From contig QNCD01000003.1 of assembly GCA_003644385.1 (NCBI GenBank), positions 1-52,322 of the forward strand: a stretch of 52,322 nt of DNA. The letters are read 5' to 3'. The translations under genes and the position numbers were made by a program. The notes under the pieces were generated by a model. That model ran no database searches. It had not been told where the DNA came from and worked only from the letters and a program-made list of their open reading frames with translations. This stretch comes from Candidatus Omnitrophota bacterium (GTDB lineage Bacteria > Omnitrophota > Gorgyraeia > Gygaellales > Profunditerraquicolaceae). Of the stretch, positions 29,374 through 41,229 are shown in pieces. Within the stretch, counting starts at the first letter, position 1, and each line of letters opens with the position of its first letter.

Positions 29374-30306
29374 TCATCCTCCTACAATAGGTCCTTGGCT
29401 AGGCCTGCTCTTCCAGCGACGATGAATCCAGCCCCACTGCGCCGGGTATTTGCGGATATAGGCCTCGATTATATCAGTAATCTTCTGGATATTAAAAACC
29501 AGTTTTTCTTGATTGTTATCTTTCTGCACTAAATTAAATTCAGTTTCAAAGATAATTTTGTGCGCATCGTCGCTTTGTCTGACAATAAAGCATGGCAGGA
29601 TCGCTGCCTTTGTCCGCTCAGCCAGGATAATAGGGCCGGTAGCGGTAGCCGCCTTTCTTCCGAAAAAATCTACAAAGACACCTGCGGTGCCGAAATTTTG
29701 ATCCATTGGGATAAAAACCAGCTCATTGTTACGTAAATACCTAATTGTCTTCTCAACGCATTGCTTGCGCGGCTGGCTATAAATTGTTTTTATATTAAAA
29801 TGTTCGCGTTTCTCTAAGAACATCTTTTCTACGCGCTTATCGCGCATATGCCGCATTATCCCCGATACTTGATAGCCTTCTAATCCAATCCTGGCAAGCA
29901 TTAAAGGAAAATTTCCGAAATGTCCGCTGACAAGTATAACCCCTTTGCCTTTGGACAATGCTGCCTCCAGGTTTTCTTTGCCGACAATTTTCACGCGCTG
30001 CCGTAATAATTGGGGTTTATCTAATAAAAATAAAAGCTCGACCCCGGACTTAGCCATATTGTCAAAGCATTCTCTGGCAATTTGTTCGATCTGTTCGCCA
30101 GTCAGACTCACGCCAAAAGCAAGCTTCAGACTCTCCAGGGCAATCTTTCTCTGTTTAGCGGCGATAATATAGCCTAAAGTAGAAATTTTTCTGGCGTAAG
30201 CATAGATGCGTTTGCTATCAAGAAATCTAATTACCGAAGAGCAGGTAATTAAGCCTATCCAACCAAAAAAACGGCCGATACTTTTGCGTATTTTCTTACT
30301 ATTCAT
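29374..30306 (-). CDS. Lipid A late acyltransferase (LpxL/HtrB family)
   Basis: GHFGNF, MDQN...VDFFGR, YPAQWGWIHRRWK. Confidence 0.9.
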   Translation of the reverse strand: MNSKKIRKSIGRFFGWIGLITCSSVIRFLDSKRIYAYARKISTLGYIIAAKQRKIALESLKLAFGVSLTGEQIEQIARECFDNMAKSGVELLFLLDKPQLLRQRVKIVGKENLEAALSKGKGVILVSGHFGNFPLMLARIGLEGYQVSGIMRHMRDKRVEKMFLEKREHFNIKTIYSQPRKQCVEKTIRYLRNNELVFIPMDQNFGTAGVFVDFFGRKAATATGPIILAERTKAAILPCFIVRQSDDAHKIIFETEFNLVQKDNNQEKLVFNIQKITDIIEAYIRKYPAQWGWIHRRWKSRPSQGPIVGG

Positions 30307-30343
30307 TCTCTCGTAGTTAAAAATTTAAAAACACAACTATGCC

Positions 30344-32137
30344 TCATTTGCGTAATTCTTGCATTTCATAAAGCCTCTTATAGAATCCGCCCTTCTTAAT
30401 CAGATCGCGATGAGCACCTTTTTCTACAATTCTGCCTTTGTCTAAAACCACAATCTGGTCAGCATTCTGAACTGTAGAGAGCCGATGAGCAATCACAAAT
30501 ACCGTACGACCCTTTATTAACCTATTCAGGGCTTCCTGGACAATGCGCTCTGATTCGGAATCAAGCTGCGAGGTTGCCTCATCTAAAATTAAAATCGGAG
30601 CATTCTTAAGCAACGCCCTGGCAATGGCCAGCCTCTGGCGCTCTCCGCCGGAAAGTTTAATTCCTCTATCGCCGATAACCGTATCGTAACCTAAAGGCAG
30701 GCGTGCGATAAATTCATGCGCATATGCTTGTTTTGCCGCTTCGCTTACCCGGGGCATCGGGGAATCGGGATTGCCGTAAGTAATATTTGCCTTTATAGTA
30801 TCATTAAAAAGTATGGTCTCCTGAGTAACTATTCCGATTTGTTTGCGAAGTGATTTTAAGCTTACCTCTCTTATATCCAAACCGTCGATAAGCACTCTTC
30901 CTTTTCTTGGATCATAAAAACGCGGAATCAAATCTAAGAGGGTTGACTTGCCTACTCCACTGGGGCCAACTATCGCCAACATCTGCCCCCTGCCTACTTC
31001 TAAATTGATATCCTTAAGCACATCCTCGTCTTCGTATTTAAAAGATACGTTTTCAAAACAAATATTATTTTTAAAAGCTGGCAGTTCTTGCGCCTGTTCT
31101 TTTTCCCGCACACTTATAGGTGCGCCCAATATTTCATAAACCCGGTTACTGGCGGCTACCGCCTGCTGGACGATAGCATTAACCTGGCTTAATTTTTTAA
31201 AAGGTTTGATTAAAGAAAGTAGCGCCGCCATGAATAAGGCAAATGTGCCGAAAGAAAACAATCCAGAAATAACCTGCCTGCCCCCATAAAAAATGATAAA
31301 AAGTGCTACTGCCACTCCGATTAACTCAGTAAGAATGCCCAGTAAAAGCATTCTTTTTATCGACTTCATGGCAATCTTATAGTAACCCTGATTCTGTTTT
31401 TCAAACCTGCTGATTTCTTTATCTTCTGCGCAAAAAGCCCGTACTATCCTGACGCCGCCAAAGGTTTCTACTAATAGTGTGTTGATATCCGCCATCTTCT
31501 CCTGGGATCTTTTGCTTAATTTGCGCAGCGCCCTACCGACCATAACCATAGGCACGGCTACCATAGGCAATACTACTATAGAAATTATCGCCAGCCGCCA
31601 GTTAATCAAAAAGGTCAGAAGGGCAAAAGAAATCACCTGAAATGACTGGTAAACCAGATCGGTTAACGCATAGGAAACCGCGTTTTCAATAAGTTTGACA
31701 TCATTAGTAAGCCGAGAGACAAGCTCCCCGCTTCTCTTCCGGGTAAAATAATCAAGGGATAAAATCTGCAGTTTATTATAAACCAGGTTTCTTACGTCTC
31801 TGATTACTTTCTGACCTACATCCGACATGATATATGAATGTAAAAATTCAAAAAGCGCCCTGATTGCTAAGGCGATGGGAACAATGATGAGCAAAAGGGA
31901 CAATACTTTAAGGGGGGGCAGACTATTAAGCTTATTTATGATATTCTCAATTATTACAGGCGCCTGGCCATAAGAAAATATTATGGGCTTATCGGTAAAA
32001 ACCCGGTCAATAATGGGTACGATTGCGCTTAAACGGAAGATATCCAGAAGCGTAACAATGCCCATAAATAAGCCGGAGAGTATAAGCAAGCCGTAGTAGG
32101 GCCGGGCAAACTTAAAGAGATTTCGGTAATCTTTCAT
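30344..32137 (-). CDS. msbA: Lipid A export ABC transporter (MsbA-like)
   Basis: 6-TM domain fused to NBD (GPSGVGKST, LSGGERQR, ILDEATS, IAHRLST); lipid A gene context. Confidence 0.85.
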   Translation of the reverse strand: MKDYRNLFKFARPYYGLLILSGLFMGIVTLLDIFRLSAIVPIIDRVFTDKPIIFSYGQAPVIIENIINKLNSLPPLKVLSLLLIIVPIALAIRALFEFLHSYIMSDVGQKVIRDVRNLVYNKLQILSLDYFTRKRSGELVSRLTNDVKLIENAVSYALTDLVYQSFQVISFALLTFLINWRLAIISIVVLPMVAVPMVMVGRALRKLSKRSQEKMADINTLLVETFGGVRIVRAFCAEDKEISRFEKQNQGYYKIAMKSIKRMLLLGILTELIGVAVALFIIFYGGRQVISGLFSFGTFALFMAALLSLIKPFKKLSQVNAIVQQAVAASNRVYEILGAPISVREKEQAQELPAFKNNICFENVSFKYEDEDVLKDINLEVGRGQMLAIVGPSGVGKSTLLDLIPRFYDPRKGRVLIDGLDIREVSLKSLRKQIGIVTQETILFNDTIKANITYGNPDSPMPRVSEAAKQAYAHEFIARLPLGYDTVIGDRGIKLSGGERQRLAIARALLKNAPILILDEATSQLDSESERIVQEALNRLIKGRTVFVIAHRLSTVQNADQIVVLDKGRIVEKGAHRDLIKKGGFYKRLYEMQELRK

Positions 32138-32185
32138 TTTTAGCCTCGTTTATTCGACAACTTGAAAAATATTTTATCATAGCAA

Positions 32186-32214
32186 TTGACTTTTGTCTAT
32201 CGGTTTGCTATTAT
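32186..32214 (+). promoter_or_regulatory. Sigma70 promoter of the Gfo/Idh/MocA-lpxB operon (probably leaderless)
   Basis: TTGACT (32186) N17 TATTAT (32209-32214) with TG extension; ATG at 32221; no SD. Confidence 0.6.
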
Positions 32215-32220
32215 TCTTAT

Positions 32221-33147
32221 ATGAGTAAAATGCGGGTCGGTGTGGTAGGGCTCGGGCGGCTGGGAAGCCTGCACGCAAAAGTCTACCAGGAAAGTGAAAA
32301 TTGCCAGCTTCACGCTGTCTGCGATATAGACGAAACACGGCTAGAGCAGGGCCTAAAAGAATTAAACGTCTTCGGCGACAGCGATTATAAAAATATTTTC
32401 TCTAAGGTCGACGCGGTAAGCATTACAGTCCCCACAAAATTACATTTCCCGATTGCCTATGATTTCTTAAAGCATAATATCCACGTCCTTGTTGAAAAGC
32501 CGATCACTAAAAATATCCGGGAAGCCGAAGCATTAATAAAAATCGCCCGTAAGCGCAACCGCGTTCTTCAGGTTGGCCATATAGAAAGATTTAATTCCGC
32601 GTTTTCGTCTACAAAAAAAATAGTTTCCAATCCAAAATTTATCGAGTGCCACAGGCTCAGCCCCTTCCCTAACCGCTCCTTAGATATAGGCGTGGTACTG
32701 GACTTAATGATACACGATATAGATATTATTTTAGGCTTGATCAATTCGAAAATAAAAAAAATCGAGGCAGCAGGAGTAAGCGTGTTGACTGAATATGAAG
32801 ACATTGCCAATGCCCGCATAACTTTTAAAAACGGATGTGTTTCTAACCTCACCGCCAGCCGCGTTTCCGATGAATGGTTGCGTAAAATAAGGATTTTTCA
32901 AAAAGATACCTATATTTCTCTTGACTATAGGCAGGCACAGGCTTCAATATACAAAAAAAACGGCTCAGAGATTACTAAGAATGATTTGCCGATTGAAAAG
33001 GAAGAGCCCTTAAAAAAAGAGCTGGAATCATTTCTGGACTGTATTATTAATAACAAGAGGCCGGTGGTCTCTGGCGAAGTAGCAAGAGAAGCACTCAAGG
33101 TTGCTTTAAAAATTAAAAACCAGATATGGCGCAAAAGCATATTTTAA
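32221..33147 (+). CDS. Gfo/Idh/MocA oxidoreductase (GnnA-like)
   Basis: GLGRLG, HVLVEKP, QVGHIERFN, DLMIHDID, TASRVS; overlaps the lpxB start. Confidence 0.9.
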   Translation: MSKMRVGVVGLGRLGSLHAKVYQESENCQLHAVCDIDETRLEQGLKELNVFGDSDYKNIFSKVDAVSITVPTKLHFPIAYDFLKHNIHVLVEKPITKNIREAEALIKIARKRNRVLQVGHIERFNSAFSSTKKIVSNPKFIECHRLSPFPNRSLDIGVVLDLMIHDIDIILGLINSKIKKIEAAGVSVLTEYEDIANARITFKNGCVSNLTASRVSDEWLRKIRIFQKDTYISLDYRQAQASIYKKNGSEITKNDLPIEKEEPLKKELESFLDCIINNKRPVVSGEVAREALKVALKIKNQIWRKSIF

Positions 33148-34265
33148 TAATTTGCGGAGAGGCATCCGGAGACCTTAATGCCTCCTACCTTATTCAGGCA
33201 ATAAAAAGTTTAATGCCTGAAGTAAAATTCTCCGGCATCGGCGGGATATACATGCAGCAGCAGGGAGTAAAACTTTACGACCATATACAGAAACTCTCTG
33301 TCCTGGGGTTCTTTGATGCATTAAAAAAGCTGACCAGGTTTATCCATTTAAAAAAACTAATACTTAAAAAAATAAGAGAAGAAAAGCCAGATGCGATAAT
33401 CTTGGTCGACTTTTCCGGTTTTAATTTAAGGTTGGCAAAAGAAATAAAAAAATCAATACCTGTTATATACTACATCAGCCCCCAAGTCTGGGCCTCGCGC
33501 CCGGGGAGAATCAAGACTATAAAAAAATACGTAAATGAAATGATAGTTCTTTTTGGCTTTGAAGAAGAATTTTATAAAAAACACGGCGTCAACGCCAACT
33601 GCGTCGGGCACCCCTTGCTGGACACGGTAAGAATCTCGATGGATGAAAAAGAGTTTTTGACTAAATTGCATCTTTCTGAATCTAAAATAATTATCGCCCT
33701 TTTGCCTGGATCACGCACACAGGAAGTAAAATATATCCTGCCGGTGATGTTAAAAGCCGCCAAACATATTCAAAGAAAAATCAAAGATGTGCAATTTGTA
33801 GTCGCAAAGTCACCCAATGTAGGCATAAATATATACAAAAAAAATATTCTGGGTTCGGGCATTGATGTGAAATTTATCGATAATAAAACTTATGAGTGCC
33901 TCAATATCGCTAAATTCTGCCTGGTAGCTTCCGGTACGGCCACGATAGAAACAGCCATAGCAGGAAAACCTTTTCTCATAATCTATAAAATGGGCTGGTT
34001 AAATTATCTCCTTTATCGCCCACAGATAAAGCTCCCCTTTATCGGTATGGTAAACTTAATAGCCCGGAAAAAAATTATCCCCGAATTTATCCAATCTAAA
34101 GCCAAACCCAAAAAGATAGCTCAAGAAACAATAAGGATTTTAGGAGATTCTTCTGAAATTAAACGCATCCAGAGTGACCTAGCCGAGGTAAAATCTTTAC
34201 TTGGCGATGAAGGGGCAAATGCCCGCGCCGCTAGCCTGATAATAGATTTTCTGAGCAAAAAATAA
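33126..34265 (+). CDS. lpxB: Lipid-A-disaccharide synthase
   Basis: GEASGD, DFSGFNLRLA, YYISPQVWASR, VGHPLLD, LLPGSR, SGTATIE, PEFIQ. Confidence 0.97.
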   Translation: MAQKHILIICGEASGDLNASYLIQAIKSLMPEVKFSGIGGIYMQQQGVKLYDHIQKLSVLGFFDALKKLTRFIHLKKLILKKIREEKPDAIILVDFSGFNLRLAKEIKKSIPVIYYISPQVWASRPGRIKTIKKYVNEMIVLFGFEEEFYKKHGVNANCVGHPLLDTVRISMDEKEFLTKLHLSESKIIIALLPGSRTQEVKYILPVMLKAAKHIQRKIKDVQFVVAKSPNVGINIYKKNILGSGIDVKFIDNKTYECLNIAKFCLVASGTATIETAIAGKPFLIIYKMGWLNYLLYRPQIKLPFIGMVNLIARKKIIPEFIQSKAKPKKIAQETIRILGDSSEIKRIQSDLAEVKSLLGDEGANARAASLIIDFLSKK

Positions 34266-34365
34266 CCCATTAAATCAAAAAAATATCCTAATACATATTT
34301 ATAAATTGAATTTCAATTTACGGTGCGGATTGTTTAAGATAGGGCTTTTTAGGATGGTTTTAACC

Positions 34366-35475
34366 TTAGTAGGAAGTTTCTATTTTTAAATAATGCTCCA
34401 GGATCCTTAATCTTTCCTTTATCGAACAAGCTTCATTTGTTCTCTGGTGGGATAGCCTTTCGAATTCGGTAAGGTCAAAATCAGCCTTGTTAATGTCTGA
34501 CTGGGCAAGCTCCCAATTATCGTTAACTAATTTTTTAAAAGCCAAAAGCTTTTGGCGGGTAACAAAACTTAATTTGCCCTGCGATATCGCCGACCTGAAT
34601 ATCAGGTAATATATTATAATCATTGCCGGTTCTGACAAAAGGCTATCCTGCTCGGTAAAGACTTGACACATATTATCAAGAATAACCCCCGCCCTATTTC
34701 CGTGAGTATTTGCGCTTATGTCCGGTAATTCTAAGAATCTATAAAACCGTTTATATATGATTCGCTTAAATTAATTATCTTATTGAATTTTGAAATACAA
34801 TGTTCCAAAAAAAGGAGCTTGGCCGCAACCGCCTTATGTTGATTTTTATTATCACTAAAGAGGACGTAATTCTTAAAAAAAGGATGTGAAGCGACTTGCC
34901 GAATTATTTTGATTACCGGGCTGTCCAGATTATAAATTCTGGCGGCATTTTCTAAAGAACCTGCTTCATATAATCTTAAAAACATTTCGTCAATCAGATA
35001 AATATCGTCCGTTTCTATGCACATTATCGGCAAGACATACGCATCAAAAGCGGATTTTAAATCCGGATAGTGCTTTTCTAAATTGAAATAATTCATGCCT
35101 CCTGCCGCAACTTGCGGATTTTTAAAATAGACAAAATTTTCATTTAGAGAAAACTTGCAGTCGATAAAAGACCAAATGCTCTGTAATCTTTGCTGGCCGT
35201 CAATAACAGAATAGGCAACTTCTTTATCCATCGGGGATTTTATTGTCTCAGACAGCTCGTGTAAGTATATTTTAGGGATATCGTAACCGTTTAAGATCGA
35301 ATCTATTAAAAGCTGCTTTTTCTCCTAAATTCCACACCCCTCCCTTTTTATGATAAAGCACATTGCTATCGATTAAATTTCTTTCTGCGCTGATACGCAA
35401 AACAGTGCTGTCATGCATAGGATAAATATTTATATTCGGCACGCCGTCTCCCTTCTTGTCCGATTTAGTTTTCAT
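34366..35475 (-). pseudogene. DUF262 (ParB-like, GmrSD N-terminal) domain gene, two frameshifts
   Basis: Three ORF-track pieces join: GGVWNL / EKKQLLIDSILNGYDIPKIYL...VIDGQQRL...EMFLRL / ELPDIS...VILDNMCQVF; shifts near 35325 and 34731. Confidence 0.85.
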
Positions 35476-35578
35476 TCTACAACTAGAGGCAGCATTGTCA
35501 ATAGCTAATTACCTGCTTATTTTAAGTTTATGCGACCTGATTGAAATCATAAACAACCTGTAATATAATCAATAAATG

Positions 35579-36685
35579 TTAATTGTTTTGACCAATAAGA
35601 GAATTCGCGAATTTAATACGCTCGCTTATCGGGGGATGGTCAAAGAAAAAAAACTTAATCAGCGGGTGGGGAGTTCTATCGGCCAGATTTTGTAAGGCGA
35701 GTTTATCCATCATGGAAATAAAAGCTTCTTTTTTCCCGGTTACTTTAAGAGCTAGATAATCTGCGCTTCTTTCCAGGTAACGACTGATATAATTTTCAAA
35801 AGGCTGTATAATTATCGCAAAAAGTGTAAAATAAATCAAAATAACCGGCAAAGCGGCAATATCAGAAAGAGAAGACAAATCAAATAATTTTAAAACAAAC
35901 GGGCTGGTTTTAAATATAAGATAAAAAATTATAAGCGTTGCTTGAGAATCTATAAAAGTAAGTTTAAAGAGATGTTTTAATTTATGGTGGGCAAACTCAT
36001 GGGCAACGATTACCTCAATTTCATCGTTTGTATATTTATCCTTTAAAGTATCTGCTAAAATTACGCGCTTGCTACTGCCCATTCCGACATAAGCAGCATT
36101 GGCTTTTACGGTTTTTTTACTAAAATCTATTTCAAAACAATCCAAAAGCTTGATGCCCATTTTTTGGGCTAAAGTCAATAGACGGCTTCTTAAATTCTCA
36201 TCTTGAAGTTTGCGGTATTTAAAAAATATAGGTATGATAACCGTCGGCAGGAGCTTGCCCAATATTAAACTTAAAATTATCCAGAATAAAGAGGCAATTA
36301 ACCACCAAATGCTGGAGTAATATTTTAGAATTTGATAAAACGCGCTTACCAGCATTAGCGCAATCAAATAAGAAATAATTGCTGCTTCCAATTGCTCAAA
36401 AAGCCAATTTTTGAAATTTTGATTGGATAGGCGGAATTTATGTTCAAGAATAAAAGAATGATAAAAATTCAAAGGAAAGTTCAAGAAATAAAAACCCAAA
36501 GATACTGCCAGAATATAGGCAGGAAGCAAAAAGTACTCTCTTTTTAAGAACATCGAGAGCTGTTCTGCGAGTGTTTTCGATAAACCAGAAACCAAAAATA
36601 CGAGAAGGATGAGAAGCAGGTAAACGGTTTCTAAAATTGCCAAAAGATATTTCCTATAAGAGTAGCGCTTAGTGTCTTCCGACAT
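35579..36685 (-). CDS. M48 family (Ste24/CAAX-like) membrane metalloprotease
   Basis: ANAAYVG...RVILADTL, AHEFAH, ERSAD, DHPPISERI. Confidence 0.93.
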   Translation of the reverse strand: MSEDTKRYSYRKYLLAILETVYLLLILLVFLVSGLSKTLAEQLSMFLKREYFLLPAYILAVSLGFYFLNFPLNFYHSFILEHKFRLSNQNFKNWLFEQLEAAIISYLIALMLVSAFYQILKYYSSIWWLIASLFWIILSLILGKLLPTVIIPIFFKYRKLQDENLRSRLLTLAQKMGIKLLDCFEIDFSKKTVKANAAYVGMGSSKRVILADTLKDKYTNDEIEVIVAHEFAHHKLKHLFKLTFIDSQATLIIFYLIFKTSPFVLKLFDLSSLSDIAALPVILIYFTLFAIIIQPFENYISRYLERSADYLALKVTGKKEAFISMMDKLALQNLADRTPHPLIKFFFFDHPPISERIKFANSLIGQNN

Positions 36686-36706
36686 ATCTTTTAAAGATAC
36701 CTCTAT

Positions 36707-38101
36707 TTAGTCCAATAGAACTTCCTCATTTTTATTCGGAATATAAACATTAATTCCCTGTAACGAAAGGTTGTCAAATAAAGACTGTGTTTGTTCTTCG
36801 TCTCCATGCACGAGAAATACCCGTTTTAAAGGAAGGCATTCTGAAACAAATTCAAGAAGCACCTGCTTATCCGCATGTCCGGAAAAAAAGTTTATTACAG
36901 CCACCTCGGCATTAAGCTCGTATTCTACCCCGAATATGCGCACAACCGGCTCTTTATCCACTATTTTTTTACCCAAAGTATCACACGCCATATAACCCAC
37001 CACCAAAACCGTATTCCTTGAATCTTCTATATTATTCTTGAGATGATGAAGAATTCTTCCAGACTCGCACATGCCTGATCCGGCAATAATAATCATCGGC
37101 CTCTTATCGTTATTCAAGGCTTTGGATTCCTGCTGCTGGCGGATAAACCTGAGGTTCAGGAAACCGAAAGGATCATTACCAGACTGTATTGCACTGCGGG
37201 TTTCTTCATCCAGATATTTATAATGAAATTTAAAGAGTTCGGTGATATCAGTTGCAAGAGGACTATCAACATATATGGGAATAGGGGGGATAGCTTTATC
37301 TTTTAAAAGTTCATTCAAAAAATAGATTACTTCCTGGCTACGCTCCAGCGTAAAAGAGGGTATAATTACTTTACCTTTGCGCTGAATAGTACGATTAATC
37401 ATATCTTTCAATTTATTCTTTGCTTCCTCTATCGGAGTGTGCATTCTCGCTCCGTAAGTGCTCTCTAAAATAAGATAATCCAAGCCTGAGGGTGGATGAG
37501 GATTATCTAATAAAGGCGGGTTTTTACGCCCTAAATCAACTGCATAACCTATTCGCCTTGCGCCTGTTTTATCCTTTATCTCCAATACGATAATCGCCGA
37601 GCCTAATATGTGACCGGCATTATAGAGGGTGAGAAAAATATCCCTGGCTACACAGAATCTCTGCCCGTAGGAAATACTGCGGAATCTTTTTGTGCTGCGG
37701 GAGGCTTCTTTCTTTGTGTAAAGAGGCCTTCTTAAGGGCAGCTGCATTCTCCTATTAATCTTATTAAGATACCTTATATCTTCTTCCTGGATCTTGCCTG
37801 AGTCCTCTAACATAAGCCTGGCTATATCTTTGGTAGCAGGGGTGGTATAAATTTTACAACGCAAGCCCTTTTTTATCAGCGAAGGAATATTGCCGCAGTG
37901 GTCAATATGGGCATGCGAGAGGACAAGGGCACTTATTTTATGCGGGTTATAGTTTAAAGTAGTGTTTACTCGGTAGAATTCATCGCGCCGTCCATAAAAC
38001 AGGCCGGCGTCAAGGAGCACCTGTGATTTGTCGGTTGAGACCAGGTGGCTGGAGCCGGTGACTGTCCTTACGCCGCCTAAAAATTTTAATTTTATTGGCA
38101 T
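36707..38101 (-). CDS. MBL-fold beta-CASP ribonuclease-like protein
   Basis: Start ATG 38101 (MPIKLKFLGG); SHAHIDH, AGHILG, ESTYG, SGMCESGRI, SGHAD, LVHGD. Confidence 0.93.
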   Translation of the reverse strand: MPIKLKFLGGVRTVTGSSHLVSTDKSQVLLDAGLFYGRRDEFYRVNTTLNYNPHKISALVLSHAHIDHCGNIPSLIKKGLRCKIYTTPATKDIARLMLEDSGKIQEEDIRYLNKINRRMQLPLRRPLYTKKEASRSTKRFRSISYGQRFCVARDIFLTLYNAGHILGSAIIVLEIKDKTGARRIGYAVDLGRKNPPLLDNPHPPSGLDYLILESTYGARMHTPIEEAKNKLKDMINRTIQRKGKVIIPSFTLERSQEVIYFLNELLKDKAIPPIPIYVDSPLATDITELFKFHYKYLDEETRSAIQSGNDPFGFLNLRFIRQQQESKALNNDKRPMIIIAGSGMCESGRILHHLKNNIEDSRNTVLVVGYMACDTLGKKIVDKEPVVRIFGVEYELNAEVAVINFFSGHADKQVLLEFVSECLPLKRVFLVHGDEEQTQSLFDNLSLQGINVYIPNKNEEVLLD

Positions 38102-38109
38102 ATGATTAT

Positions 38110-39639
38110 TTAAGTTACGAAAAGGTTTGGAGAAGAAAATTTTCCGTCGCTGGTTAAATTTACGCCTAATCTTTTGAGTCCAACTTCGTCTCCTGGGGTG
38201 GGGATGTGGGTTATATGGACTTCGCAACCGTTGAGTTCCACAAGTTTATTCATTGCCAGTTCTGCAGTATGGTTGGTGGTTGCGCTTATGGAAAGCGCTA
38301 TTAACGCCTCTTCTAAATCCAGGCTTTCTGATTCGGCGTTTAAAATACCCTCTTTGAGCCTAGCTATCTGGTTTATTACGTGAGGCGAAAGCAAAAGAAT
38401 GCCGTCCGGAATATTAGCCAGTACCTTTATAGCATTTAGGACAAGGCTGGAAGCAGCATGCATTAATTTTGAATTCTTTCCGGCGATAATCTGCCCGCTT
38501 CCTAACTGGATAGCCGCGCCGCAATATATTCCCATATTTCCCTTTCCTTTTGCCTCTGCCTCTTCAGCAGCCTTTCTAGCCGGACCTACTACTACTCTGT
38601 CTGTAACCTTAACGCCTAATTCCCCCATTAAAAGTGCTACCCTCTCCACAGTCTCTTTTTTCTCTATTCCCGAGACGTATTCGGCGTTATATCTGAAATA
38701 CCTCCTGATTAATTCCTGTTTCGCCGCTTCCTGCACCATTTTATCGTCTATAATACCGAACCCGGCGCGGTTGACCCCCATATCTGTAGGTGAATTATAA
38801 GTTGGTAAATTATTGGTTTGTTTGTTAAAAATCCTGCTTAAAATTAATTTTAATATCGGAAAGCTTTCTACATCTCGGTTATAATTTATTGCTGTTTTAC
38901 TATACTTATTAAGGTGAAACGGGTCCACCAGATTAAAATCCTGGATATCAGCGGTGGCGGCTTCGTAAGCTACGTTTACCGGATGTTTCAAAGGTATATT
39001 CCAGATGGGAAAAGTTTCAAATTTGGCATAACCTGCGTTTATTCCCTTTTTATGCTCGTGGTAAAGTTGCGAAAAGCAGGTAGCCAGTTTTCCACTTCCG
39101 GGGCCGGGGCCGGTAACTATAACTATAGGCTTCTTAGTTTCTATATATTCGTTTTTACCAAAGCCTTTTTCGCTGACAATCAAATCTACATTAGCGGGGT
39201 ATCCTTCTATCGGATAATGCAAATGCACCTTTACTCCGCGGCGCTCTAATTTATTTTTAAAAATTATTGCCGAGGATTGACCTGCGAAACGCGTAATCAC
39301 TACTGCTAATATATCCAGGCCCCACTTCCTTAAATCATCGATTAACTTAAGGGTCGCAGCGTCATAGGTAATCCCAAAATCGCCCCTCACCCTTCCTTTC
39401 TCGATATCCCCGGAATAAATACACAATACAATATCGATCTTGTCTTTTAACAGCTGTAGCAGCCTTATTTTAACGTTGGGATCGTATCCGGGAAGGACTC
39501 TTGCGGCGTGGAAATCGAAACAAAGCTTTCCCCCGAATTCTAGATAAAGCTTGTTGCCGAATTTTTTAACCCTGTCCAGAATTGCAGCGGTCTGCTCTTT
39601 TAGGTATTTTTCATTATCAAATCCGCTCTTTTTATTCAT
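38110..39639 (-). CDS. DUF1846 family protein (P-loop)
   Basis: GFDNEKYL, KLYLEFGGKL, GPGSGKLATC, YAKFETFPIWN, SPTDMGVN. Confidence 0.92.
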   Translation of the reverse strand: MNKKSGFDNEKYLKEQTAAILDRVKKFGNKLYLEFGGKLCFDFHAARVLPGYDPNVKIRLLQLLKDKIDIVLCIYSGDIEKGRVRGDFGITYDAATLKLIDDLRKWGLDILAVVITRFAGQSSAIIFKNKLERRGVKVHLHYPIEGYPANVDLIVSEKGFGKNEYIETKKPIVIVTGPGPGSGKLATCFSQLYHEHKKGINAGYAKFETFPIWNIPLKHPVNVAYEAATADIQDFNLVDPFHLNKYSKTAINYNRDVESFPILKLILSRIFNKQTNNLPTYNSPTDMGVNRAGFGIIDDKMVQEAAKQELIRRYFRYNAEYVSGIEKKETVERVALLMGELGVKVTDRVVVGPARKAAEEAEAKGKGNMGIYCGAAIQLGSGQIIAGKNSKLMHAASSLVLNAIKVLANIPDGILLLSPHVINQIARLKEGILNAESESLDLEEALIALSISATTNHTAELAMNKLVELNGCEVHITHIPTPGDEVGLKRLGVNLTSDGKFSSPNLFVT

Positions 39640-39766
39640 CGTGAAATTAAAATTTTATGGAAGTTATTATAGTATATAGCAGGTGATTTGTAAATTAAAT
39701 TCGCTTTCAACCCAATTAATGGAAAAAACGAAATTAGGCAGCTAAACTTTTGAAAAATTATAAAAT

Positions 39767-39801
39767 AAAACAGGCGTCTTTTTAAAAAGGACGCCAGTTT
39801 T
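39767..39801. terminator. Intrinsic terminator downstream of gdhA
   Basis: GGCGTCTTTT / AAAAGGACGCC stem flanked by A and T runs. Confidence 0.7.
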
Positions 39802-39831
39802 ATACAGATTTAGTTATAATTTTATTAAATA

Positions 39832-41184
<1,353 letters not shown>

Positions 41185-41229
41185 TTATTATTTAAGCAAA
41201 CATTGGATGTTTTATAGGCAATATACCAT

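Noticed and set aside
36707-38227. ORF-track N-terminal extensions (38227, 15837, 11502, 4765, 46764, 25501)
   Set aside because: They overlap upstream genes or lack family similarity; downstream ATGs fit the domain starts better.
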